Source: Deltaproteobacteria bacterium
Lineage (GTDB): Bacteria > Myxococcota > Kuafuiibacteriia > Kuafuiibacteriales > Kuafuiibacteriaceae
Direction of reading: 5' to 3'
NCBI GenBank assembly: GCA_040218735.1
Contig: JAVJQW010000023.1
Span: 512,001 to 576,000 of the forward strand
DNA: 64,000 nt
Below the pieces are notes generated by a model. It did not search any database. It saw only the letters and a list, made by a program, of their open reading frames with translations, and was not told the DNA's origin. A program made the translations under genes and the position numbers. Below are positions 55,521 through 64,000 of this stretch, one piece after another (position 1 is the stretch's first letter; each line of letters begins with the position of its first letter).

Positions 55521-57671
55521 ATGCGTCCCGCTCCCCTCCCGCCGCCGCACGTGCCTCCGATCGGTCGAGACGAAACCATCCTCGCGCTGCGAGCGAAGGT
55601 GGTTCGCGGCGAGGTCGTCGCGCTCGTCGGCCCGCCCGGCGTCGGCAAGGCGACCGTCGCGGTGGCGCTCGCCGAAGCGGCGACGGAACGAACCGGCCGC
55701 CCGTTCGCGATCGTCGACGTCGCCCGCGGCGAGTCCCCGCCCCCCGGCGTCGGCCTCGTTCTGCTCGATGTGGACCGAGCCGCCGAGCCGATCGACTGGC
55801 GCACGCTGACGAACCGACCGCTCGTGGTGACCTCGCGCGCCTACTCGCGCTGTCCACCGCTGGCCGCCGACGCCGTCCGTTCCGTTCGACCGCTCTCGCC
55901 CGAGGACACCGCGAAGGTCTTCGCCCGGCTCGTCGGCCATCACGTCTTCGAACCGGACGCCCTCGCCTTCACCGGCGGGCTCGGCGGTTTGATCGCCGAG
56001 GTCGCCGAACGATCCAAGACTGCGCCACTGCTGCGCATCGCCGACGATCTCGCGTGCGGCCGATGGACTTGGTCGCCGCTCGAAGAAGCCATCGAAGCGT
56101 TGAGCCCGCCCGTGCGAAACACGCTCGTACGCCTCGCGCGGCTCGCGCCCGTACCGCGCCGCACCGCGGAGCTGCTCCTCGGCGCGAAGTCGCTCGAGCG
56201 GCACCTGCCGGTCCTGGAGGATCGCGGTTGGGTGTGGCGCGCCGATCAACAGCTCCACGTCGCCGCGCCCCGAGTGTTACTTCGATCGCAGCGAACGCCG
56301 CCGTGGCGCGAGGACGAAGCGGCGCAGATCGTGGACGAAGCCGTGCGCCGACGTGCGCGCCACTACGTGCAGACCTCGCCCGAGGACCTTCGATGGATCC
56401 GGCGATTCCGAGCGCAGCTCCTCGAGATCTCGACTCGCGAGCGCTCGCGCCCCGAGCTCGCGGCGCGCGCGGCGTTTGCGCTGGAGCCGTTGCTCACCAC
56501 GCACGGGTCGATGCTCGACAACGTCGCGATCCTCGACCACGCAAGCGAGCTTGCGCACGAGTCGGATGACCGAACGCTCGTCTCCGCGACCGCGTGGGCC
56601 CAGGGCAAAGCGTGGCTGACGCGCGGATGTTACGAACGCAGCCTCGACGCGCTGATGAAGGCCGATGGGCTGGCACCTTCGATCGACGATGTATCGATCG
56701 CGGCCCACGCGTACGTCGCGATCGGTCACACGCAGGCGGCGCTCGGGGACGTGGCGACGGCGAACGCTTACCTGCGCGAGGCGGAGGGCTGGGCCGACGA
56801 CGCCGACCTCGCCTACGAGCGTGCGCTCGCGCGCGTGCAGTTCGGGTACGTCGCGCTCGCCGCCAACGATCCCGACGAGGCGCTCCGCATCGCCGAGGAG
56901 TCGATCCGTGAGACGACGCTCGCGCAGCTCGAGAGGATCCGCGCGATCGCGGAGCTCGTGCGAGGACGCGCGCTCGTCGAGACGGGTGCGCCGAGGCCCG
57001 CCGTCGGTGCGTTCATGCACGCGGCGTCCGTGTTCGTAGCGCTCGGCGAGTCCGCGCAGGCGAGCAAGGTCTGGACGTTCGCCGCCGACGCGAGCGCCAA
57101 GGCGGGCGACGTCGACGACGCGCGTGCGCTGTGCCTCGACGCGATCGCCCTCGCCCGAAGGACGGACGACGAGGAGAGCGCGCTGTTCGCGCAGGTGGCG
57201 CGAGCGGATCTCGAGCTCAGCGCGGAGCGCATCGCCGAAGCCAGCCACGCGGTGCGCGAGGCCCGCCGACTCGCGGCGCGCGTGGGGACGCCGCTCTCGG
57301 TGGAGCGCCTCGCGGACGTCATGAAGCGGCTCGACCGGATCACACCATCGCCGGCGGCGATCGCGGTGCTCGACCGGGAAGGTCGCTTCGTCCGCCTCGG
57401 CGACGTGCAGCACGATCTCTCACGACGCGCGGCGCTGCGACGCATCCTCGCCCACCTCGTGGCGGCCGCAGAGGAGCGCGCCGGTGAGAGCATCTCCGCC
57501 GACGAGCTCTTCGAAGCGGGCTGGCCGGGCCGGGCCGCGTCGACGAACGCGCGCCGGAAGGTCTACACGGCGCTGTGGGCGCTGCGTCGCCTCGGGCTCG
57601 CCGACGCGATCGTGACGCGCGACGCCGGCTACGCGCTGAGCCCGGGCCGGGTGCGCATCGGTCGACTTTGA
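55521..57671 (+). CDS. P-loop ATPase-TPR-winged-helix regulator (STAND-like)
   Basis: IGRDE..LVGPPGVGKA, LVVTSR, TPR-like helices, C-terminal LFEAGWPG..RKVYTALWALRRLGL..GYAL. TGcTACGCT -10 element 8 nt before the ATG. Confidence 0.72.
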   Translation: MRPAPLPPPHVPPIGRDETILALRAKVVRGEVVALVGPPGVGKATVAVALAEAATERTGRPFAIVDVARGESPPPGVGLVLLDVDRAAEPIDWRTLTNRPLVVTSRAYSRCPPLAADAVRSVRPLSPEDTAKVFARLVGHHVFEPDALAFTGGLGGLIAEVAERSKTAPLLRIADDLACGRWTWSPLEEAIEALSPPVRNTLVRLARLAPVPRRTAELLLGAKSLERHLPVLEDRGWVWRADQQLHVAAPRVLLRSQRTPPWREDEAAQIVDEAVRRRARHYVQTSPEDLRWIRRFRAQLLEISTRERSRPELAARAAFALEPLLTTHGSMLDNVAILDHASELAHESDDRTLVSATAWAQGKAWLTRGCYERSLDALMKADGLAPSIDDVSIAAHAYVAIGHTQAALGDVATANAYLREAEGWADDADLAYERALARVQFGYVALAANDPDEALRIAEESIRETTLAQLERIRAIAELVRGRALVETGAPRPAVGAFMHAASVFVALGESAQASKVWTFAADASAKAGDVDDARALCLDAIALARRTDDEESALFAQVARADLELSAERIAEASHAVREARRLAARVGTPLSVERLADVMKRLDRITPSPAAIAVLDREGRFVRLGDVQHDLSRRAALRRILAHLVAAAEERAGESISADELFEAGWPGRAASTNARRKVYTALWALRRLGLADAIVTRDAGYALSPGRVRIGRL

Positions 57672-57748
57672 TCGGAGCGACCCTCCTCGAACGCAACACT
57701 GTCGTCCTCTTGCGTCGATCGATCCGGCGCGGTGGGAGCAGAACGACC

Positions 57749-57764
57749 TGGCATCGTTCGTGCG
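57749..57764 (+). promoter_or_regulatory. Putative sigma54 promoter
   Basis: TGGCATCGTTCGTGCG (GG-N10-GC). ATG at 57779. Confidence 0.55.
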
Positions 57765-57778
57765 TTCGCGACGAGCTC

Positions 57779-59017
57779 ATGTCGAAGCGTCGTACCCTGC
57801 CCCTCCTCCTCCTCGTGTTCACGGCCTGCGGTGACGCCGAAACGACGCCGGCGGGTCCCGCTCTCCTCGCCACGCCGATCGCCGCCGAGCTCCGAGTCTA
57901 CGGCGAGCGCGGGAACCTGGCGGAGCCGCTCCCGGTCACGCCCGCGTTCATCGGCTACCGCGGCGAGGGCGACACGTGGGTCGAGCTCGACCCCGCCGAA
58001 GCGGTCGCGTTCGACATCCTCCACGAGCGGTACGCCCTGTGGGTGGTGTGCGCGCCGCTCGAGGGCGACGCACAGACGGTCAGCCAGGTGCTCTACCTCC
58101 ACGCGGAAGACACCGTGCGACCGACCGTCCGCTGCCCGACCGACATCGCGTTGGACCCGTTCCCCGCTCTGGATGTCGAGATCCGGGAGACCGAGAACCG
58201 CTCCATCGGCATCGCCGTGGGCCAGACCCAGTCGCTGTACCACCACATCCAGGGCGGAACCGTGACGATCTCCATCGTCGCGCCCGAGCCGAAGGAGGTC
58301 GATGTGGTGACGCTCCGGAAGTACGAAGGAACCTTCGGCCTGCGCGTCGCGCGCGACGTCCAGATCCGGGAGGGCGCCCAGTTCTTGGTCGACGTCCACG
58401 CCGAGCACGCCGACATCCAGACCGCGAAGCTCGAGAGCCCCGTCAACGGAACGGTCCACACCGTCTTCATCACCGGTGGCGGCACGCAAGCTCACTTGCA
58501 CACCAGCGAGTCGTCGTCCGTCGCGGTCGTCGGGCCGGAGGGCCGCGACGCTGACGACGTCTACGTCGGCATCGTCGAAGTCGACGGCGGCGTTCACCTC
58601 AGCTATCGAGCCGACCCGACGAAGGCGACGTACCGCGCTCCCGAGGTCTTCGACGCCTGGGAGCTCGACCCCGTGGCCAACGGACCGATCGTCGGCGGTA
58701 TCGAGCTCGGCGCGGCTCAGGTCGCGACCTACCTCTACGGCACGGAGAGCTCCTACGTCGAAGCGTTGGCGACGTCGACGTACCTCGGCTCCGACGCGAC
58801 GCTGTCGTTGGACGCGCCCGAGGCCGCCGCGATCGTCGCGCCGAGCGAAGGCGACTTCTTGCAATCCCGGACGCGGCTCCACGAGAGCAACCGCACCCTT
58901 CAGGAGCTCCTCGACGTCGAGATGTTCAAGTCGACGGACGTGCCCCCGCGCGCGAAAGACGGCTTCGACGTCCGGATCTCGGCCCGCGGCACGTCGGGTC
59001 GCCTCGGCCAGCGCTGA
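57779..59017 (+). CDS. Hypothetical beta-rich lipoprotein (412 aa)
   Basis: MSKRRTLPLLLLVFTA-C lipobox. Start moved from 57575. Confidence 0.75.
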   Translation: MSKRRTLPLLLLVFTACGDAETTPAGPALLATPIAAELRVYGERGNLAEPLPVTPAFIGYRGEGDTWVELDPAEAVAFDILHERYALWVVCAPLEGDAQTVSQVLYLHAEDTVRPTVRCPTDIALDPFPALDVEIRETENRSIGIAVGQTQSLYHHIQGGTVTISIVAPEPKEVDVVTLRKYEGTFGLRVARDVQIREGAQFLVDVHAEHADIQTAKLESPVNGTVHTVFITGGGTQAHLHTSESSSVAVVGPEGRDADDVYVGIVEVDGGVHLSYRADPTKATYRAPEVFDAWELDPVANGPIVGGIELGAAQVATYLYGTESSYVEALATSTYLGSDATLSLDAPEAAAIVAPSEGDFLQSRTRLHESNRTLQELLDVEMFKSTDVPPRAKDGFDVRISARGTSGRLGQR

Positions 59018-59073
59018 ACGCGGCGGATCGACTTCGGGCGGGATTCGCCACGTGAGTGTGGCACCATCGCGCG

Positions 59074-60138
59074 ATGCTGATTCGACAGCTGGTAGACCCC
59101 GGCTCGTGGACCTTCACGTACCTCCTCGCCGACCCGGACTCGAAGGCGGCCGTGTTGATCGACCCGGTGCTGGAGCAGTTCCTGCGCGACCTCGCGATCG
59201 TTCGGGAGCTCGGGCTCGATCTCCACTACACGATCGAGACCCACGCCCACGCGGACCATGTCACGTCCGCGTGGCGCTTCAAGCAGAAGCTCGGGAGTCG
59301 GATCGTCGTGTCGAAGGCGTCGGGAGCCGAAGGGGCCGACCGGGTCGTCGAGCACGGTGACGTGATCGAGTTCGGCGCGCATCGACTCGAGGTCCGCGCG
59401 ACGCCGGGGCACACAAATGGGTGCGTCACGTTCGTCACGCCCGACCGCACGATGGCCTTCACCGGCGACGCGTTGATGGTTCGCGGTACGGGTCGCACGG
59501 ACTTTCAGGAGGGTGATGCCGGCCAGCTGTTCCGTTCGGTGCGCGAGGAGATCTTCTCGCTCCCGGCGACGTGCAAGCTCTATCCCGCGCACGACTACCA
59601 GGGCCGCACGGAGACCACCGTCGCGGAGGAGCGCGCGTTCAACCCGCGCGTCGGTGACGACAAGAAGGAGGAGGACTTCGTCGGCTACATGCGCAACCTC
59701 GGTCTTCCCCACCCACGCAAGATCGACGTGGCCGTGCCCGCGAACCTGAAGTGCGGCCGCCTCGACGACGACCCGATCCGCGAGCCCACCTGGGGCCCTC
59801 TGGTCCGGACCGTCGCGGGGGTCTGGGAGGTCGAAGCCAACTGGGTCGCGGAGAACCAAAGCGCGCTGCACGTCATCGACGTTCGCTCCGCGGAGGAGTT
59901 CGACGGCGAGCTCGGCCACGTCCCGGACGCGCAGCTCGTGCCACTTGACGACCTGAGCGATCGACTGGATGCCATGCCGCGCGACCGCCCGGTGATCGCG
60001 GTGTGCCAGTCCGGTGCGCGCTCCTCGAAGGCGACGGCGATCCTCGAGAAGGCCGGCTTCGAGCGTGTCGCGAACCTCAGCGGCGGGATGCTGCGGTGGC
60101 GCCAGCTGGGCCTCCCGGTCCAAGGGGGCGCAGACTGA
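59074..60138 (+). CDS. Persulfide dioxygenase (ETHE1-like metallo-beta-lactamase)-rhodanese fusion
   Basis: THAHADHVT, TPGHT, FTGDAL..GRTDF, YPAHDY, NPR. Rhodanese part IDVRSAEEF..GH..VCQSGARS..LSGGM. Confidence 0.92.
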   Translation: MLIRQLVDPGSWTFTYLLADPDSKAAVLIDPVLEQFLRDLAIVRELGLDLHYTIETHAHADHVTSAWRFKQKLGSRIVVSKASGAEGADRVVEHGDVIEFGAHRLEVRATPGHTNGCVTFVTPDRTMAFTGDALMVRGTGRTDFQEGDAGQLFRSVREEIFSLPATCKLYPAHDYQGRTETTVAEERAFNPRVGDDKKEEDFVGYMRNLGLPHPRKIDVAVPANLKCGRLDDDPIREPTWGPLVRTVAGVWEVEANWVAENQSALHVIDVRSAEEFDGELGHVPDAQLVPLDDLSDRLDAMPRDRPVIAVCQSGARSSKATAILEKAGFERVANLSGGMLRWRQLGLPVQGGAD

Positions 60139-60180
60139 GGCCTCGGCCGGCGGCGCGACTTCTCTTTTTTCTCGGGCCCG

Positions 60181-60207
60181 TGTCGAATCGCGTCCAGGCC
60201 GATCGTC
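60181..60207 (+). promoter_or_regulatory. ECF42-type promoter
   Basis: TGTCGA-N17-CGTC upstream of the YciI/ECF operon, matching the described ECF42 target motif. Confidence 0.65.
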
Positions 60208-60334
60208 ATCGTCCCGATGTGTCGACGAACGGCGCACGAATCGAGGCCAAAACGCCGGCCCGCGGCGCGGGACGGCTTGGCGCAGCTTTCGGACCGGTCG
60301 CTCACGCGACCGGCCTCAGCCGAGGAGGACGAAG

Positions 60335-60697
60335 ATGAAATACATGCTGTTGATCTATGGAGCGCCGGATTCATCGCCGGCACCGGACACGCCGGAGTTC
60401 GGCGCGTACATGGAGGGCTACGTGAAGGCTGACGCCACCTTCAAGGAGGAAGGCGTGATGCTCGGCGGGGAAGCGCTCGAGTCCACCGAGACCGCGACGA
60501 GCGTTCGCATCCGCGGCGGGAAGACGGAGACGATGGACGGCCCGTTCGCAGAGACGAAGGAGCAGCTCGGGGGCTTCTACCTGCTCGAATGCAAGGACCT
60601 CGACGCGGCCATCCGCTACGCGGAGCTGATCCCCGACGCGAAGACCGGGACGGTCGAGATCCGTCCGGTCATGGACGTCAGTCAGTTCGAGGAATGA
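60335..60697 (+). CDS. YciI/DGPF family protein
   Basis: MKYMLLIY..DGPFAETKEQLGGFYLL..VEIRPV. GAGGAGG RBS. Confidence 0.93.
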   Translation: MKYMLLIYGAPDSSPAPDTPEFGAYMEGYVKADATFKEEGVMLGGEALESTETATSVRIRGGKTETMDGPFAETKEQLGGFYLLECKDLDAAIRYAELIPDAKTGTVEIRPVMDVSQFEE

Positions 60698-61953
60698 GCG
60701 ACCCGCACCGAGACGCACCGATTCGCGAGGCCGTCGAAGCGACGGTCCGCGCCGATGGTGGGCGTCTCCTTGCGCTGTTGATCCGACACCTCGGCGACTT
60801 CGAGCTGGCCGAAGACTGCCTGCAGGACGCGCTCGCGTCTGCGCTCGTTCACTGGCGCCGCAACGGTGTTCCGCACGCGCCCGAAGCGTGGCTCATGCAG
60901 GTGGCGCGTCGCAAGGCGATCGATCGGCTGCGCCGCGACACGAACCTGCGCGGCAAGAAGGAAGAGTACGCCGCGCTGCTCGCGTTGGAGGCGGAGCAGC
61001 CCGACCCGTCCGAGATCCCGGACGAACGCCTCCGCTTGATCTTCACGTGCTGCCACCCCGCGCTCGACGAACCGACGCGCATCGCGCTCACGCTGCGGAC
61101 GCTCGGGGGCCTGACGACCGAGGAGATCGCGCGCGCGTTCGTCGTCAAGGAGCAGACGATGGGGCAACGCCTCGTGCGCGCCCGCCACAAGATCACGAAG
61201 GCCCGAATCCCGTACGAGGTCCCGGACGCCGAGCGGTGGCACGAACGCTTGGACGCGGTCCTCACCGTCCTCTACCTGATCTTCAACGAGGGGTACGCGT
61301 CGTGCCACGACGACTACATCCGCACGGACCTGTGCGAGGAAGCGATTCGCTTGACGAGCATCCTCGCCCGACTGTGCCCCGAGGAGCCGGAGGTCGAAGG
61401 ACTGCTGGCGTTGATGCTCCTCCCTCACGCGCGCCGCCGCGCGCGCCTCGCTCCCGACCGTTCGATGGTGCCGCTCGAAGAGCAGGACCGTAGCGCGTGG
61501 GACCACGAGGCGATCGCGACGGGCGTGGCGTTGGTGGAGACCGCGCTGAAGCGGGGCCGGCCCGGACCGTTCTCGATCCAGGCCGCCGTCAGCGCGCTGC
61601 ACGCCGAGGCGCCGACCGCGGAGGCCACGGACTGGGCGCAGATCGTGTTGCTCTACGAGACGCTGAAGCGCTACCGCAGCAATCCGATCTACGAGCTCAA
61701 CCGCGTCGCCGCGCTGGCCCACACCCGCGGAGCCGATGTCGCGCTGTCGCTCCTCGAACCGCTGCGGGCGTCGCTCGGCGACTACCAGCCGTTCCACGCG
61801 CTGGAGGCCGACCTACTCCGCCGCGAGGGACGAACGCGCGAGGCGCTCGACGCGTACGACGCCGCGATCGCCGGCGCGCGCAACGACGCGGATCGAAAGT
61901 TCCTCGAGCGACGACGCGAGACCGTTCGGCGAGCCTTGGATCGTTCGACGTAG
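60694..61953 (+). CDS. ECF42-type RNA polymerase sigma factor with C-terminal TPR extension
   Basis: GDFELAEDCLQDA, AWLMQVARRKAID, DERLRLIFTCCHPAL, YLIFNEGY, QDRSAWD. ATGA-coupled to the DGPF gene. Confidence 0.92.
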   Translation: MSDPHRDAPIREAVEATVRADGGRLLALLIRHLGDFELAEDCLQDALASALVHWRRNGVPHAPEAWLMQVARRKAIDRLRRDTNLRGKKEEYAALLALEAEQPDPSEIPDERLRLIFTCCHPALDEPTRIALTLRTLGGLTTEEIARAFVVKEQTMGQRLVRARHKITKARIPYEVPDAERWHERLDAVLTVLYLIFNEGYASCHDDYIRTDLCEEAIRLTSILARLCPEEPEVEGLLALMLLPHARRRARLAPDRSMVPLEEQDRSAWDHEAIATGVALVETALKRGRPGPFSIQAAVSALHAEAPTAEATDWAQIVLLYETLKRYRSNPIYELNRVAALAHTRGADVALSLLEPLRASLGDYQPFHALEADLLRREGRTREALDAYDAAIAGARNDADRKFLERRRETVRRALDRST

Positions 61954-61956
61954 GCG

Positions 61957-62733
61957 TCAGGCGGAGTCGACCAACGCCGCCAGCCGCGTCTCGGCTTCGG
62001 CGTCGCGCGGGAAGAGCAGCTCGACGCGGAGCTCGGAGAGGCGCACGTCGCGTGGCGCGTTGAAATACGAGATGACGGAGAACGTGCGGATCGCCGCGCC
62101 GCCGACCAGGAACGTCGGGCTGACGACCAGGGCGTCCTCGGGTTCGTCACGAAGCCGTACCCCTTCCACCTCGACCGCTTCCTCCGCGCGCGCGACGAGC
62201 GCGGCGAGGCGGTCGTCGAACGGGGAGGCGCGCTGCTCGCGGCGCAGTCGATGGAGGACGGCGGCGGCGACGGCCGGCCAGTTCTCGATCTTGTCGCGGA
62301 GCGAGGCCGTGTCCAGGAGCCCCTCGACCATGTTGTCGGGCCGCGCGCCGAGCGCGGTGAACAACCGCGCCGCGCCTTCGTTCTGGTCGACGACATCCCA
62401 CCACCCGTCGAGCACGAGCGCGGGGAAGGGTTCGTGTCGTTCGAGGATCGAACGGAGCGCCGCACGAAAGGGCGCACTCGACGCGTCGTCGCGCGCGTCC
62501 CGGTAGGCCGGCGGGAGCCCCGCGAGCGCGAGCAGCGCGTTGCGCTCCCGAAGCGGGACGTCGAGCGCGTTCGCGAGTCGGAGCACGATGTCGGCGCCGG
62601 GTCGGGAGCGACCGGTCTCGAGGAACGAGAGGTGTCGCTGCGACGCACGTGCCTCCAGCGCGAGCTCGAGCTGGGTCAGCCCACGTGCTCTTCGCCACTC
62701 GCGCAGCGCGCGGCCGAACGCCGAGGTCGTCAT
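61957..62733 (-). CDS. XRE-family HTH regulator with MmyB-like ligand-binding domain
   Basis: FGRALREWRRARGLTQLELA..SQRHLSFLETGRSRP..LRERNALL; HEPFPALVLD; ELRVELLFP. Confidence 0.9.
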   Translation of the reverse strand: MTTSAFGRALREWRRARGLTQLELALEARASQRHLSFLETGRSRPGADIVLRLANALDVPLRERNALLALAGLPPAYRDARDDASSAPFRAALRSILERHEPFPALVLDGWWDVVDQNEGAARLFTALGARPDNMVEGLLDTASLRDKIENWPAVAAAVLHRLRREQRASPFDDRLAALVARAEEAVEVEGVRLRDEPEDALVVSPTFLVGGAAIRTFSVISYFNAPRDVRLSELRVELLFPRDAEAETRLAALVDSA

Positions 62734-62822
62734 GGCAAAGACGCTACTCGACGTCGGTCGTGTGCGCGATGACCTCGGAGGGAATCGACGGGCGGATCGC
62801 GAGGTCGGTAGCGTCGTCCGCC

Positions 62823-63227
62823 ATGACGAACACGAATTCGACGCCCCGCGGCGTCCTGACCGCCCTCGCCGCGACGGCGATCCCCATCGGCGCGTTTGCG
62901 CTGCTCTTGCCCGAGACCCTCCTCGTGGAGGTGAAGGCCGCCGCAGCTGCGTCGAGCGCGGTCGCGATGGCACGCACGGTGGGCGTCCTCCTACTCGCGG
63001 TCGGGACTTTGAACCTCATGGTGCGGAACCACCCGCCGTCGCCGACGTTGCGCGTCGTCCTCTGGGCGGACTTGCTCCTGCAGGTCCTGATTCTCCCGCT
63101 CGATCCGCTCGCCTACGTGGAGGGCGCATTCGGGACCGCCGGAGCCTTCGTCCCGAACACGGTGCTCCACGTCGTCCTCATCGCCTGGCTCGCAGTCCAG
63201 GTGCGACGCGCACGAACGTGGGGCTGA
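62823..63227 (+). CDS. Small integral membrane protein (about 4 TM)
   Basis: Four hydrophobic stretches. Divergent from the XRE regulator. TAGCGT -10-like element 8 nt before the ATG. Confidence 0.7.
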   Translation: MTNTNSTPRGVLTALAATAIPIGAFALLLPETLLVEVKAAAAASSAVAMARTVGVLLLAVGTLNLMVRNHPPSPTLRVVLWADLLLQVLILPLDPLAYVEGAFGTAGAFVPNTVLHVVLIAWLAVQVRRARTWG

Positions 63228-63319
63228 GCGGAGGCCGGATCCCTGATTTCAACGGACGCGCAGCTCGATTCGTGGGAACTCGGCTGTAGGCGAGGCGCGG
63301 ACCAGGGCGGCCGAGGACA

Positions 63320-63877
63320 CTAGATGACGCCGATGCGCTTGCTCTCGTCATCGTCGGCGCTCTTCAGCCAGACTTCGGAGCTCGCTCGGTCCCGCGGGAC
63401 GACCAGGAAGCACGCCGGAACGCCGAGGCGCCCGATCTCGATGGCGGCGTACCTGACGTCGAGGCGACTCGGGCCGCCCGTGGACGGCTTCCACCCGACG
63501 ACCCCGACGTCGTGTGTGGGTTTGTCGAGCGTGACGTACAAGATGACCTGCGTGGCCCAGTCGACGTCGGGGACCGCGAGGGGTCGCTCCTGCTCGTCGA
63601 GGACCGGCGAAGCCGCAACGAACGAGGCCCACGCGTCCGAGCTCGCGGCGACTCCGACGTGCAGCTGCTCGGACGCGGCGTCCGGGCCAACCGGAAGACC
63701 GACGTGACGTCCCGGCAAGGTGGGCTCGTTCCATCTCGAGATGACTCCGCACTGGTGGGCTGTGACGACCTCCGCTTCGGCGGAGGCGATCGGCGCGGCC
63801 GAGCCTCCGGCAGGGGACGACGACGAAGCACACGCGACGACGAGCGAGAAGAGCGCGAGGGAGAGAAGCTGTCTCAT
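63320..63877 (-). CDS. Hypothetical lipoprotein (185 aa)
   Basis: MRQLLSLALFSLVVA-C lipobox. The PDVDWATQVIL motif is reminiscent of PrcB C-terminal-like domains. Confidence 0.7.
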   Translation of the reverse strand: MRQLLSLALFSLVVACASSSSPAGGSAAPIASAEAEVVTAHQCGVISRWNEPTLPGRHVGLPVGPDAASEQLHVGVAASSDAWASFVAASPVLDEQERPLAVPDVDWATQVILYVTLDKPTHDVGVVGWKPSTGGPSRLDVRYAAIEIGRLGVPACFLVVPRDRASSEVWLKSADDDESKRIGVI

Positions 63878-64000
63878 GCCTGCCTTCTACGCGCGGGTCG
63901 CGACGGAGACCTATTCTCGCTTCGCGATTTCAGGAGATGTCAGCGAGCCGTCGTCGCACTGCCTCGACGGCCGCCGAGCGACGATCGCTCAGACACACTC

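Noticed and set aside
59058-59073. TGGCAC upstream of the persulfide dioxygenase as a sigma54 promoter
   Set aside because: There is no GC at the required GG-N10 spacing, and the site abuts the ATG.
59074-61953. PDO-rhodanese fusion and ECF42/DGPF pair as novel systems
   Set aside because: Both are well-described, widespread modules.

Overview
High-GC bacterial DNA. The gene content (Ser/Thr kinase, Cys-rich lipoproteins, many sigma54-type promoters) suggests Myxococcota; this is inference. The main feature is an extracellular contractile injection system (eCIS, Afp/PVC-like) on the minus strand, about 12.1-38.9 kb. In order it encodes a small wHTH-like protein, a DUF4255 cap, an accessory protein, two sheaths (one of 1100 aa), two tubes, an Afp6-like protein, a LysM tube initiator, a split VgrG (gpD + gpV), an unknown helical protein where PAAR would normally sit, gp25, baseplate J, a gpI-like wedge, three fibre-type proteins, a tape-measure-like protein and an AAA ATPase. 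Each side of the eCIS carries a plus-strand DUF4157 protein of 1500-1630 aa. The two share a central helical/hydrophobic module but have unrelated toxin-like C-termini, and each is followed by an ATGA-coupled putative immunity gene, which fits a polymorphic toxin family. The left cassette is co-transcribed with a sensor-less sigma54 activator and a second eCIS-type ATPase. Divergent sigma54-like promoters with tandem GGGTC-N6-GACCC palindromes lie between the eCIS operon and the right toxin. Two very acidic papain-fold hydrolases without signal peptides lie at the left end. The last 20 kb holds secreted proteins and lipoproteins, a PLC/P1-nuclease-like protein, an MshEN-Ser/Thr kinase fusion, an S41 protease, an ATPase-TPR-wHTH regulator, a persulfide dioxygenase-rhodanese fusion, an ECF42/YciI pair and an MmyB-like regulator. 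All family calls are by motif recognition; no database search was run.
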